A stretch of 64,000 bases of DNA, from the NCBI GenBank assembly GCA_028534125.1, contig CM052817.1, forward strand, positions 52,268,001-52,332,000, in the 5' to 3' direction. Under the pieces are notes generated by a model. That model had not been told where the DNA came from. It ran no database searches and worked only from the letters and a program-made list of their open reading frames with translations. The position numbers and the translations under genes were made by a program. Within the stretch, counting starts at the first letter, position 1. Each line of letters opens with the position of its first letter. Shown here one piece after another: positions 25,828 to 37,420 of this stretch. The stretch is from Lama glama (Eukaryota).

Positions 25828-26443
25828 TGAGACAGGAGGGAAGGGGCAAGGCATAACCATTGAAAGAATCACACAGCAATAAGCACCAAGATGGTGGAAG
25901 ATTCAACTCCGGTAGACCTTGAGCTGCATTATACCCTCATTGAAATACAATAGCTGCTAAATGGCACTCCCACAGGTGCCATGACAGTTTCAAGGCTGAC
26001 CATAGAAGGTCAAAAAGTGGGTGCTGGCCCAATTCATGAGAATCCCAGCCCCTTCCCCAAAGTAGCTGGAATAATCCTCCCTCTTGTTAGCATACGATGT
26101 TATTAAACCCATAAAAACTAACAACCCCATACTCTGTGTGCTCTCTTGTTCTCTCTCGCCTTCCTTTGGAGACAGCCCAACACTCTGTCTATGGAGTGTG
26201 TATCTACTTTTACCTTAACTAAACACCCCCATGCCTCGTGGACTCTATGGCCTTCTGAGACAGCCTGCACTCTGTCTGTGGAGCATGTATCTCTCTGAAT
26301 AAATCTACCCTCACTCTACTAAGGCTCACTCTTGAATTATTTCCTGTGTGAAGACAAGGACCCTCACTTGGCGGGATGCATCCCAGGTACTTGACTGAGA
26401 CCTGGGATGCAACCATCCTTTTGTGCCCCATTTTCCTGTATCA
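25828..26443 (+). mobile_element. Solo ERV1 LTR, MER41-like
   Basis: tgagacagg...cctgtatca termini; TSD atac/atat; ccacaggtgccatgacagtt, ggaataatcctccctcttgttagcata, cactctgtctatggagt and AATAAA are MER41-family hallmarks. Confidence 0.88.
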
Positions 26444-26904
26444 ATATGATGACTGGTCCTAACCAACCAGATGTGACAACTGTGGCACTCAGGGATGAAG
26501 TATTTAATTGAAAATAATTTGTTCTCACCTCACATTAAGATGGGACAGAGGTCTCTTCTCCTATGAAGATCATATTAAACATGTTAGATGAGTAAAAGAA
26601 TCTTTCTTTTTTCAAACAATGGTGATTTAGGCATTGTGTGTTAATAGAATAACTTTGTCTCTCCTAATAGCAGACTAGAAGTAGATACATATGATCATAG
26701 TGGAAATCTGATAATTTGAAATTTAATAGCCATTGCTCTTAAGTAGGTTCTGCTATAAATATTTTAGAGAAATTTCACTTGAAATATCAGGTCAGATCTC
26801 TTTATTCATTTAATTCAAGAAATTTATTCAAGCTGATCAGTTCTGTTTTAGTTATTTACATGAATAATGGTCTCAACAGTTTTTTTAAAAGACCTTATTT
26901 TATT

Positions 26905-27992
26905 TCATTCTTTTAAAGACTATTTTTTCAGAAAAATTTTAGATATTTACTGCAAATTTGGGAGGGAGGTACAGAGGTTTATCACAAACTACCTGCCCCA
27001 ACACGGGCATGGTGTCCCGCATTAACATTATTCACCAGAATGGTAAATTTTTACTAAGGATAAATCTACCTCGACTTATCATAATAATTCAAAGTCCATG
27101 GTGTACCTAGGGTTCACTCTTGTGTTGTATATGCTATAGGTTTGAACAAGAGTATAATGACATATATCCACCATTATAATAAACGAAGTATTTTCACTGC
27201 CTTAAAAATCTGCTCTGCTCTGTCTATTCATTTCTATCCCACACTCTACCAGTGGTAAATACTAATCTTTTTATTATCTCCATAATTTTGCCTTTTCTGG
27301 AATGTCATGTCATTGGAATCATATAGTATGTAGCCTGTTTAGATTGGCTTCTCTCACTAAATAATACTCATTTTATGTTCCTCTGTATCTTTTCATGGCT
27401 TGATAGCGCATTTCTTTTTGGTGCTGAATAATATTCTATTGTCTAGATGTATCACAGTTTATTTATCCATTTGTATACTGAAGGTCATCTTGGTTGCTTC
27501 CAAGTTTTGGCAGTAATGAATAAAACTGCTGTAAACATCCACCTGCATAGTTTTATGTGGACATAACCAACCCTTGTAGGTAAATACCAAGCAGTATGAC
27601 TGATTGATTGTATGGTAAGAGTTTATTTAGTCTTCTAAGAAACAGCAAAACTGTGGCATTATATTATAATTTTGCATTTCCACCAGCAATAAATATGAGT
27701 TCCTGTTTCTCCATATCCTGGCCAGCATTTGACATTGTCAGTGATTTGGATTTTGGCCATTCTAATAGACGTGCAGTGGTATTTCACTGTTGTTTTAATT
27801 TGCATTTTCCTGATGACATATGATATGGAACATCTTTTCATATGCTTAATGTTTTCTCCCAGTCTGTGGCTTATCTTCTCTCTCTCTTGATAATGTCTTT
27901 CTCAAAGCAGAAGTTTTTAATTTTAATGAAGTCTAGATTATCAATTATTTCTTTCATGGATTGTGCCTTTGTTGCTGTATCTAAAAAGGCAT
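26905..27992 (-). mobile_element. L1MC1-like 3' region
   Basis: aaagtccatggtgtacctagggttcactcttgtgttgtat, gattggcttctctcactaaataata, gaaggtcatcttggttgcttccaagttttggcag. Confidence 0.92.
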
Positions 27993-29149
27993 CTGTATCT
28001 GGCAATCTAGAACAGAAGTTTAAATATATTCCTTTCTCAGTGAACATACTCATTAATTTATACATTGATTTTGCTCATTTAATCAATCTTTCCACATATT
28101 TTTAAAAGCACTGTGTGAGAAACCCTGATGTAATCTATGTGGAAAGAATAGTAAACAAAGAAATTTAAATGTCAAAGGTTTACTTGTTTTAGACTTCAGA
28201 TTCACAGTTAAATCAAAGCCCTTTCTCAGATTTGTTCTAAAATACATTAGCAATTAACACCTAATGGTCTTAGACAATTAGACACTTTTTCACTTTATTT
28301 GATATATGGGACCAATGATTTAGTAGCCTGGGCTGGAGCAAAGTGTCTCTTCTCTTTTTAACTGTTCTCATTGAATGACACATTAGTGGCCTAAAGGCAA
28401 AATCTAATTCCCAAGAGTCTTCTGTATGTCTAGTAGCAAATTTACCCTTTTACAGTTGAAGAATATTATGACTAGATTTTTTATTGCTATTCTGGAAAAA
28501 AAAACACTTTTTAGGAGCCTTAAAGGAAAAAATAGCCAAGGTAGCCTGGAATTAAATATTTGTCTTGGCTAATCTGTAGATTTGTTTTAGAACAGACTGG
28601 GATGAGCCAGTTTTGATTGCTCTTTGAATACATGTAGAGGAAATACCACATTCTGTAGTATTTTCAGCCTCAAATCATTTGCTATTCAACTCCTAATAAA
28701 CGTTCACCAGGGAACAGGAACATCTTTGATAAACAGTTTTTCTATATTAGGTCATCTAGTTCTCTTAGTTTCTATCATTCTATTAAATCAACATAAAGCC
28801 AAATTACCTGAACCATATTACATAATTTTCAAAGTATGAGACTTAAACTCTTTTATAGTATATAGCCATACTTTTAATAAGTAATGAGTACATGAAATTC
28901 CTCAGTTATTTTTTTCTCTACTCACTAGCACAAGGATATAAATAATCCTGTGAGATGACTTTCTCCTCTCCCAGACTAACTACTCCTTTGATTACCATGG
29001 AAGCAGCTCTGAACTGATGCTACCCTGTATGTATCTTAGGGCTCTACTAATGCTTTATTCTATGTCCCAAGGGACATCCAATTTTAGAACAAAAAAATGA
29101 AAGCTTATTTTATACTAAAATTTCTGTAGGGAGGTAAGGAGATATACTC

Positions 29150-29700
29150 CTTCATTCAGCAAATATTTACTAAATCTACTTCATGTGCTAGTATACAAGA
29201 GTGAAAAGAATGGGCTATATGCTTTCATGGAGGAGACATTTTTATGGGAGAAGATAGACAATAACAATAAATAATCAATCAATTAATCAGTCAATCAATC
29301 AATATTATATCACAAGTGATGATAGCCATACAAAAAAAAAATAAAGCAGAATGAGAACGATCATAATGGATGGTGAAATTTGATAAAGGACTGTCAAGGA
29401 ATTCCACCTTGATATACGAGCAGAAAGCTGAAGGTGGTGACAAGCAAGCCTTGTGGATATCTGCGATATAGCATATAGATGCTTCAATGGACTTGAGTTG
29501 TGAGTACGTGGAATATTTACAAACTTGCAATGGCTAAAGGGTGGCTAGAGTAGAATAACTTATTGTGAAAAATGGTAAGAAGTAAGACCAGAAAGGTAGT
29601 CAGGGGTAAAATCATTCACTAACTTAGGGCACTTTAAGTATCTTGAATTTTATTCATTTTAAGAGGGAAATCCATTTGAAATTTTAATTTGAGGAATGAA
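29150..29700 (-). mobile_element. L2 3' region
   Basis: ttcattcagcaaatatttactaaatctacttcatgtgctag...gagcagaaagctgaaggtggtga...gtggatatctg. Confidence 0.8.
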
Positions 29701-31297
29701 GTAAAAATATGAACTAGAAGAATAATAAAATTCCCTATTAGATAACAATGACTTTTTATGAGGTTTTTTTTTTTTTAATTCTTAATGTGCTCCATTTCTC
29801 CTCTGTATCTTATTCCACAGAGGCTCCATGAATCCCCTCTACTGTCCCCCAAAAGTCCATACTGTTTTCACTCATATTTCCTACCAGCATAATAAAAGCC
29901 TAGAATTATGGTCATAAAAAGTATTTCATTCTTCAAGATTAACTTTTGGTTGTTTCACTAAACCTCCTTCCTCCTGAGCATTTAATTACATTATTTACTT
30001 TCTAAAAACAAAATACAAAACATAACAACGAATCAGTTAAAACTGGTGTTTTTCTATTGGGGGTGTGCTTCAGAGAATAAGATTCCTTGTCTATTTTTAT
30101 GCGCCTCTCTGTCCCATTTTCTTAGGAAATTTTTCTTGACTGTCTATAGTTTGATGTTTCTACAGGGCTTATGTGTTTTTATCCTTAGCCGTTAATAACT
30201 CTGGGGAAGCGAGAAGAAATGAAGTGAAATGATCACAGAGCTGCTAGCATTTTAGCTTTTGTGACTGACAAAAATATAAAATGGTTAAAGCTTTAATTAA
30301 GCTTTATTGATTCCATTGATCTTAATCTACATTAGACGCAGGTAGAACTGACCTGTGAGTACATTCCATTACTTCTACACCTTATTTTCTAAGTCTAAAT
30401 TACATAGTGGAAGTGGTTGGCTGTATATTTCTGTTTATCTTCCAGAATATCATCACCTGTCAAAATATTTGTTCAATAATAAAATGCTAGAATAACAGCC
30501 TCTGAAATTTTGAGGGATAGGGTTTCATGAATAAATAGCAGCTAGTGTGTTTACCTTGCCTGGAAGAGAAGTAACAGAAGCGCTTGTGTCACTCAACATA
30601 CAAATGTAATTTAATCCAATGAGATAAAAATCAATTTTCCTTTTTTGAGGCTTCAAAGTAGTTAAATATCACCTATTCTGCTTAATTAGTTTTTGATATT
30701 TGTACAAACTCACCTTTAAACTTCAAAACAATACAGCTTTTGTTTGAGCTTCAGATTTCTTTTCTCTGTTCTAATTACATTGTGTCTTAGCCGGCTAGAA
30801 AGAGGAAGGGAAAGCTTTTTGCAGAGAAACTGTGTCGTTTTAATGGTGGTACATAGGATTTTCAGGCTCCAATGATCAGAACAGCTTTCTCAGCTGCTGT
30901 ACTCAATAAACGAAGCTTTGTCTGCAAACAATAAATTTACTGCAAACCAACCACGCATTTGGAAAAAGGTTAAGATTGTATTTGAAAGTTATATTGGTGG
31001 TGGTGTTTATGAAAGCAGAAAGAAAAGAAGAGCTTTTGAGATTGGCAATTGGCATATTTGAGTAATTTAAGAATTCAAAACCTGATTTGAAATGGCAAGA
31101 CTCAATGATTGATATATATAATGAATTAGGCAAATTTTAGAAAGGAGACAGGTTGAATGGACACCTGGAAAGGTGCAGACACATCATATGATCAGCTGAT
31201 CTGTTACTTTTACGACAAAGTCAACTCATGTTTAAGAAGAAAAATTTTCTTCATTATTGCTGATGTTAGTTTATATATCTCAGTAGAAAAATACATC

Positions 31298-31706
31298 TGT
31301 AATGGATATAGAGAGGTATAACCCAGATTCCCCTTCTAAAAATAATTTATAACCCTGGCTTCTGAAATGTCTGCTGACAGCTTTCCTTTCAGCTATCAGA
31401 AGTTACAGGATGATCTCCACTGCAGAGGTAGTGTCCTTCCTGGGGTGACCAATGATTGATGGGGGGACATCGGGTGGAGGGCATAAGGGATTCATCATTC
31501 CTGCTCAGTATAGGATGACTTAGATGGACCATTTCAACTCCAAAGCTTCTGAGGGGTGGGGTGTGGCTATTGGGTCTGCCCTACCTTTCCTTGCTCTCTT
31601 TCTCTTTTTTCCCTTAGGTGTTGATAGCAAGGGTTTGTCCCTAATAAACTTCCTGACACTAAACTCTTACTCACACTTGGTTTCCCTCAGAATACGACCT
31701 AAGACA
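31298..31706 (+). mobile_element. ERVL LTR16-like solo LTR
   Basis: TG...CA; cccagattccccttc near the start; ggtgttgatagcaaggg...ccctaataaacttcctgacactaaactc...acctaagaca at the end. Confidence 0.8.
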
Positions 31707-32074
31707 GCAGTTCAGTCTGGTCTACAGAACATCATTGGTTCTTGAGAGGTAGATGCATCTATTATAGTGATTTTTTTTTTCTGTTGTCACCAAATGTTTT
31801 ATATTTGGCCACAGATTATAGTAAAAAAAAAAAAACAAGGTGACAATAATAGATTCCATGAAGTTTCATTTACTACAGGTACTGTCATCTCTCTGGTAAG
31901 TTTTTTTTACCTTTAATTAATAAAAACTATTTTAGAGACCTGTGGTTAGGATTAGAGATTAAGTAAATCTGTTTGAATACTAATTAGATAAATGGATGCT
32001 TTAAGAGAGAGAAAAATATATAATTGTTGAGAAAATAAGCTTTGTGTTAGTTTGATTTGTTTTTTCAAGAGATA

Positions 32075-32260
32075 GCTTTGCCCCTTGATGATAATGGGTC
32101 ATTGGCCAATTTGTTAGCTTCAATTTCCTCCTCCATAAAATGGGATACAAGGAAACCAGAAATATCATTTATATATGATTAAACGAAATAATGTATGTCA
32201 AGTTTCATATGATACATGGCTCAAAGTAAACCTTCCATACATATTAGCTATGTATTTTTA
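32075..32260 (+). mobile_element. MIR SINE
   Basis: gcttcaatttcctcctccataaaatgggata...gattaaacgaaataatgtatgtcaag...atattagctat. Confidence 0.75.
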
Positions 32261-32631
32261 TTAAAAAGAAGGGAGAGTTAAATATAAACCCCATTAGCAT
32301 TAATTCTACACTCTTAAAAAGTGTGGAATTCATGATGTATAAAAACCATGGTGATAACTATTGGATACTAATGCTAGCTCTTTCCAAAGAAAGAGAAAAA
32401 GGAAAATAGGACATGGATAAATCTTCCATTCAACTGAAGTCTATGGAATTATGAACAAGGACTTTTATTTCATGACTAAAAATGTGTTTTGGGGGCAGGG
32501 AATTCATCTAATCCTATGAGCTGATTTAAGACACTGTTACTACTGTCCCTTCTAAATTGCCATCAAAGTGACTAAATAAAAATACAAAATTTGGGAGAGA
32601 AATCTATAGATGCACCAGAACCCAGCAGGAG

Positions 32632-33173
32632 TGCTGTGCTGGTTATTCTCTATGTGCCCCATACTCCCATTCTGTGACTTTCTTGCCCTACTCTGCACCT
32701 AAAAAGCTACATCCCAAGGATAACGTGACAAGGATTTCCTGACCAGTTGGCTTCCTGGAAGTTTAGGCAGCAGGAAGTACCTAGAGGTTAGGAGAGGCAC
32801 AGAAAAGAAAGAATTTTAAAAAAATTTTTATTTGTTTGTTTGTGGGTTTTTGTTTGTTTGCTTTTGCTCCCTTCCTATTTCCACACAGCATCTCAGGCAG
32901 TTGCTGCTTCCCTCTCAGACCCCGGCTCTTCCTCCACAGTTCCAGTTCTCACTGGTCTCCAGTAACGCTGAATGGGCACAGTTCTTCCCTGTGCCCATTC
33001 AGCTCTGGGATAGTTTTGGGTTTTGGCTATTGCTAATTATTGGTTAACTCACAATCCCTTGCTAATTTCCTTACATGTGCTTATGCCTATGAAAGGAATC
33101 CCTGTGTTAGAATCCTTCTGTTTGAATCATTTGAAGTGAATTCTGGTTTGTCCTGGGACCCAGAACAATAACA
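32632..33173 (+). mobile_element. ERVL LTR33-like solo LTR
   Basis: tggcttcctggaagtttaggcagcaggaagtacc...ccctgtgttagaatccttctgtttgaatcatttgaagtgaattctggtttgtcctgggaccc. Confidence 0.7.
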
Positions 33174-34157
33174 TATCACTCCTTGTTTATATATATGAAT
33201 ATTTGTTGACTTTGTATGTTTGGTATTTTCATGTATGGTAAGGAGACTAATACTATTTTTCTTCCATTCTTTGAAACTATAATGACATATACATAGTACT
33301 AAGTAAATAATTCTATGTTAACATAAAATTTCTCTTACTACATTTTAATGTAATATCTTTTGTGTTGGAATAATATAAAAGGAGATACACTATGGGCATT
33401 TAGTTCTTTGCTACCTGTCTGTGGTCTTTGGTTCTCTCAAACTGATGTTTGTCTTAAAGAAAACTATTTCTAAAGCTTCACTTAAATTAAAAAACTTTAT
33501 ACAGCAACAAATCTATTTCCAAAAATAATAACCAGATATGCCACCAACTTAAAAACAAACAAACAAAAATAACAAATTGTAAAATTGGCTACCATTGTAA
33601 GGTGGTCATGGAGTGATTTATTAAATGTTCATCAGTCTCTCAGAATATTTTTCTAACATCACTAGTTGGTAAGGATTCATGAGAAAAATCACTATGGTGA
33701 CTCATGCTGGAAAAACAGACACTAGAAGCTAAAAATATATATAATTTTTTTTACAGCATTTAAAGTTAAAACTACACCAAAGAAAGCCACTTGCAGATTC
33801 TTACATTCTTATTGGATTTAATATTATTATCCAGCTTAAATTCATTATTGGGAAGGCCTTAAAATCTAACTCAATGATATTTGATATTCACCAAATCAGA
33901 TATTCACTGAGTGGAAATCATCTAGCACTTCACTGATATTAAACAGGAGCCAAGGAATATTTATATCTTATCATGCTTCTGGTTTTAATAAAAGATGGAA
34001 TGATGGAAAAATTAAAAGACATAAATAAAAGTACAACCTTTAGACAGTTATCAAGCCAGGAGAATGTTAAAGTGTAGTTTTGGGAAAGTCAAGAATGGGT
34101 AATTTTCAGAAAAGGTAATTGTATTCAAAAGTATAAAATGCTGAAGTGAGTACTATG

Positions 34158-34780
34158 ATATATTGCTCAGCCTCCAAGCAAAAAACAGAAGCCAATTTAG
34201 ATGACTTTAAAAAGTTTAATAGGGGAAACCTTTGATGAGATACGTGATTTTTCCTCCCAGGGGACATTTGTCAATGACTAAATACATTTTTGCTTATCAC
34301 GGCAGGGTACAGGGGTGCTACTGACATCTAGTGAGAGGCCAGGCATGTGGCTACACGTCTTACAAGGCACAGAATAGGCCCTTTGAGGCTATCATCTGGC
34401 ACAAATTAATCATTTGGCACAAAAGGCTAATAGTACTGATATTGACACACTGGGTTAAGCTAACAAACCAAGGGATACTGAGCACCCAGAAAAAGGCAAC
34501 CATGAAACGTTGTTACCATTCTCAGACTTCAGAAGGCAATGAGAGGAATAAATGTTACCAGAGCCCAGGAACTGCAGTCCAGGAGGGACTAACCAAGGCC
34601 AGGAAATGTTCCCTTCATCAGGGAGGCAACCTCTCTTTTATTCTGCCTTCCAGACTTCTACCATTACATTCCATTGCCAAACCTAAACAGAAGCCAGCTG
34701 GCAAAGAAACATATAGTCCTGGAGAGTCAGGGTCCTAAGGCACAGAGGAGGACAAACATTATGGTGTGGGGAGAAAAAAA
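34158..34780 (-). mobile_element. Old ERVL-type LTR interrupted by MER20
   Basis: ccaagcaaaaaacagaagcca...gtttaatagggg|agggatactgagcacccag...cattgccaaacctaaacagaagccagctggcaa. Confidence 0.55.
34225..34455 (+). mobile_element. MER20 (hAT-Charlie) DNA transposon
   Basis: gtgatttttcctcccaggggacatttgtcaatg...ggggtgctactgacatctagtgagaggccagg...acaaggcacagaatagg. Confidence 0.88.
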
Positions 34781-36827
34781 TCATTTCATAAATCAAAGTA
34801 ATGTTGCTCTCTATCCCTGGATTTTAAGAAAACAGGGGTTGATGAATAAAAGTAGAAAAAAAAAATAGAAAGCTATTTCCAATTGAAGACTCCATTAAAA
34901 CTAGTCCAGCTTGGTTATATACTGTGACCTACTACCCTCTCTTATTTCATGTCTGTTCATTTTATCTTTACAGTTTGAGGCCCTTTTTGATTAGAACTGT
35001 TTCTAGCATATTGAATTGACCATATCAATATTAATTATTATATCATTATTATTATCATCATTGGTGTTTATTATTATTCAGCTGGATTATTTATTCCATC
35101 CAGTTTTAAGAATTGGGTGGCTCGTTTTTATTTCAGAGAAAACATGTCAATAACAAATAATATGTCACAAATTTATAATATTTACTATAAAAATAATACT
35201 AAGTTGTTCTTATAATCAATATTCATATAAATAATTATATTTTAATTGGGTCTCTGAAATATATACTCATTCAATTAGAATGCATAAACTCATTAAGTAA
35301 ATTTCAGTGAACATAAAAGTAAGTTTATTAAAATATAATTAGGAAAATTTGATCAGATTTCAAATCTGATGAATATAGAACTACAAATTTTATATTGTGT
35401 AAATTTCTGCTAAGTGGAATAACTAAATTGAAATTATGGAATTTCTAATATGGTTGATTCCTTACTAATATTTTCCTTTCAATAACAAAAACATGTTTTT
35501 TTAAAGTCTCTGTTACAAGTATTTACTAGAAAAGTTATCTGTATAAATTCATATGTTCTATGAAAAACTTGAGGAGAATCTCTGTAACTGATTATGATTC
35601 TTAACAAGACAATGCCTGACTCTTTGGTTTCATGAAGATTAGAGGTAACAGTTTGAGTTTGTCTCTAGTTGAGGTCGGCAGAGGACATCTTTAACATGAT
35701 GGAGCCGTGAGATCAGAGATCAGAGCCGTGAGCTGAGACTGAGTGTTGACAGGAAATCTTGGATAACAGAGGCCAGGAAGAGGTGAAATGGAAAAAATAG
35801 AAGCATTTAAGGCCAGCAACTACCCAGCCAGAAGCCAAGTTTTCCGAGATTATACTAGATTCTCTTTAAGGATTCCCAGTTACGTATTGAAGAATTCTCA
35901 GTAGGGGTTAATACTGGAGCTCAGATATCATTTGATCTTAGTTTTCTCCTCAAACTGATGAGAATTTGGGGTATTTTAAATATTGATTTGCTTAATTAAG
36001 TATCATTCTTATCTGGTTGCCTAAGATATAAGAATTACAATATAGATTTTGGTATTCTTTGATAAAATCAAAAGTTTTCTCCAAGTTTAGAGAATTTATA
36101 AACATCAAACTTGATGGAATTTTTTAAATGTGTAGAGACACGAAAAATGAGCATTACAAATTCCTATTTCACTAGTAACTTTCTATTATGTGTATCAAAT
36201 ATTTTACACAGAGGAAGTACTCAATTAATAACAGATATTCTCTTCATCAAATAGAAGCCCTTCTTTCACTTTTAAAGTGAATAACCTTTGATATTTCCAT
36301 CATCTGAAAATGAAAATCCTTACAAAAATACAGTAATTGTTATGTTATACTTTTTTGAAAAAGTGGTAAGTGACTACTATGGCTTATATGTCAGATAAAA
36401 CTATGAATTTAAGAATTAGCACAATTTTAGACTTTATTTTACAGATCATTTAAGATATGCCTAATAAAATTTCTGCTACATTATGCTTAGCTTCTCAGAT
36501 TACTTTTTTATTTAAATTTTGTTCCTTGAACAAGAAAGGAGACATTTCTCTTTACCTCTCCCTCTCATCAATGAAAACTATGATTACCTCTCTTCTCATG
36601 CTTATCTAAACACTGAATAAATCATCTTTTCCTAGTGTTAGTGAAGTTATATTTGATGATAACTTCAGAGTTAAAAAATGATCAACTTTACATACCATGT
36701 AGAAGAATTGTGTTACTGCATACATTTGATTTTGGAATCAAAATAGAAATTTATTAGCACTAATAGGGTAGATGATTATGGGACTGAAATCCAGGGACCA
36801 ACAAGTAGCATCAGAGATTTTATTGGC

Positions 36828-37420
36828 TGTGGTGGTTTGCAATGTATTGATTTGGCCATGCAAATCTACATTCCCCAGTTTTCCTCTCTCTGAATGATGC
36901 CTTTTAAGATGGGCCACATAAGAGGTCTTGTGCAAGTTCTGGAGAGCTAACATGAAGCAGCAACTAATGTAGTAGTTCACACATGCTGTCACTTATCTGC
37001 TGGCTCATGTCCTTAGCATGAGGCTGCAGCCAGGACTGCATATGCTCACAGTCCCCTAGATCCTGCTTTAGCTTTTCCAACTTCTGGGTCAGACATTTAG
37101 CTCCATGGGGAGTGGTACAAGCTGCTTCTGCAGGACAGCCATACCATCTATACCAGAAGCGGCAAAAGCTGACATGGGCTTCAGTCCATCCTTAAGGGGT
37201 CCTGCTTGTCTTTGTTCTCCACCATTGTTACATTCATCCTCTCCTCCTCACTACCTGCCCTGCAGACTCCAGGCTCCAGCATCAGGTATGAGCACAGCAA
37301 TCTTACAGAGAATCTCCGAGCAGCTCCCAGAATCCTGTAAGGTCAAACCCCTGTGACAAATTCCATGTTGTATCTGTAAGTACCTCCTAGTGCTTTAGCT
37401 CCTCTGATTGAACCTTGATA
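36828..37420 (+). mobile_element. MLT2(F)-like ERVL LTR
   Basis: Starts tgtggtggtttgcaatgtattgatttggcc...ctacattcccc; ends gtaaggtcaaacccctgtgacaaattcc...ctctgattgaaccttgatac. Confidence 0.7.

Noticed and set aside
34317..34335. CTCF-like motif in MER20
   Set aside because: Transposon-derived and degenerate at core positions
34331..34738. 135-aa ORF
   Set aside because: Spans a MER20/LTR junction; a chance open frame
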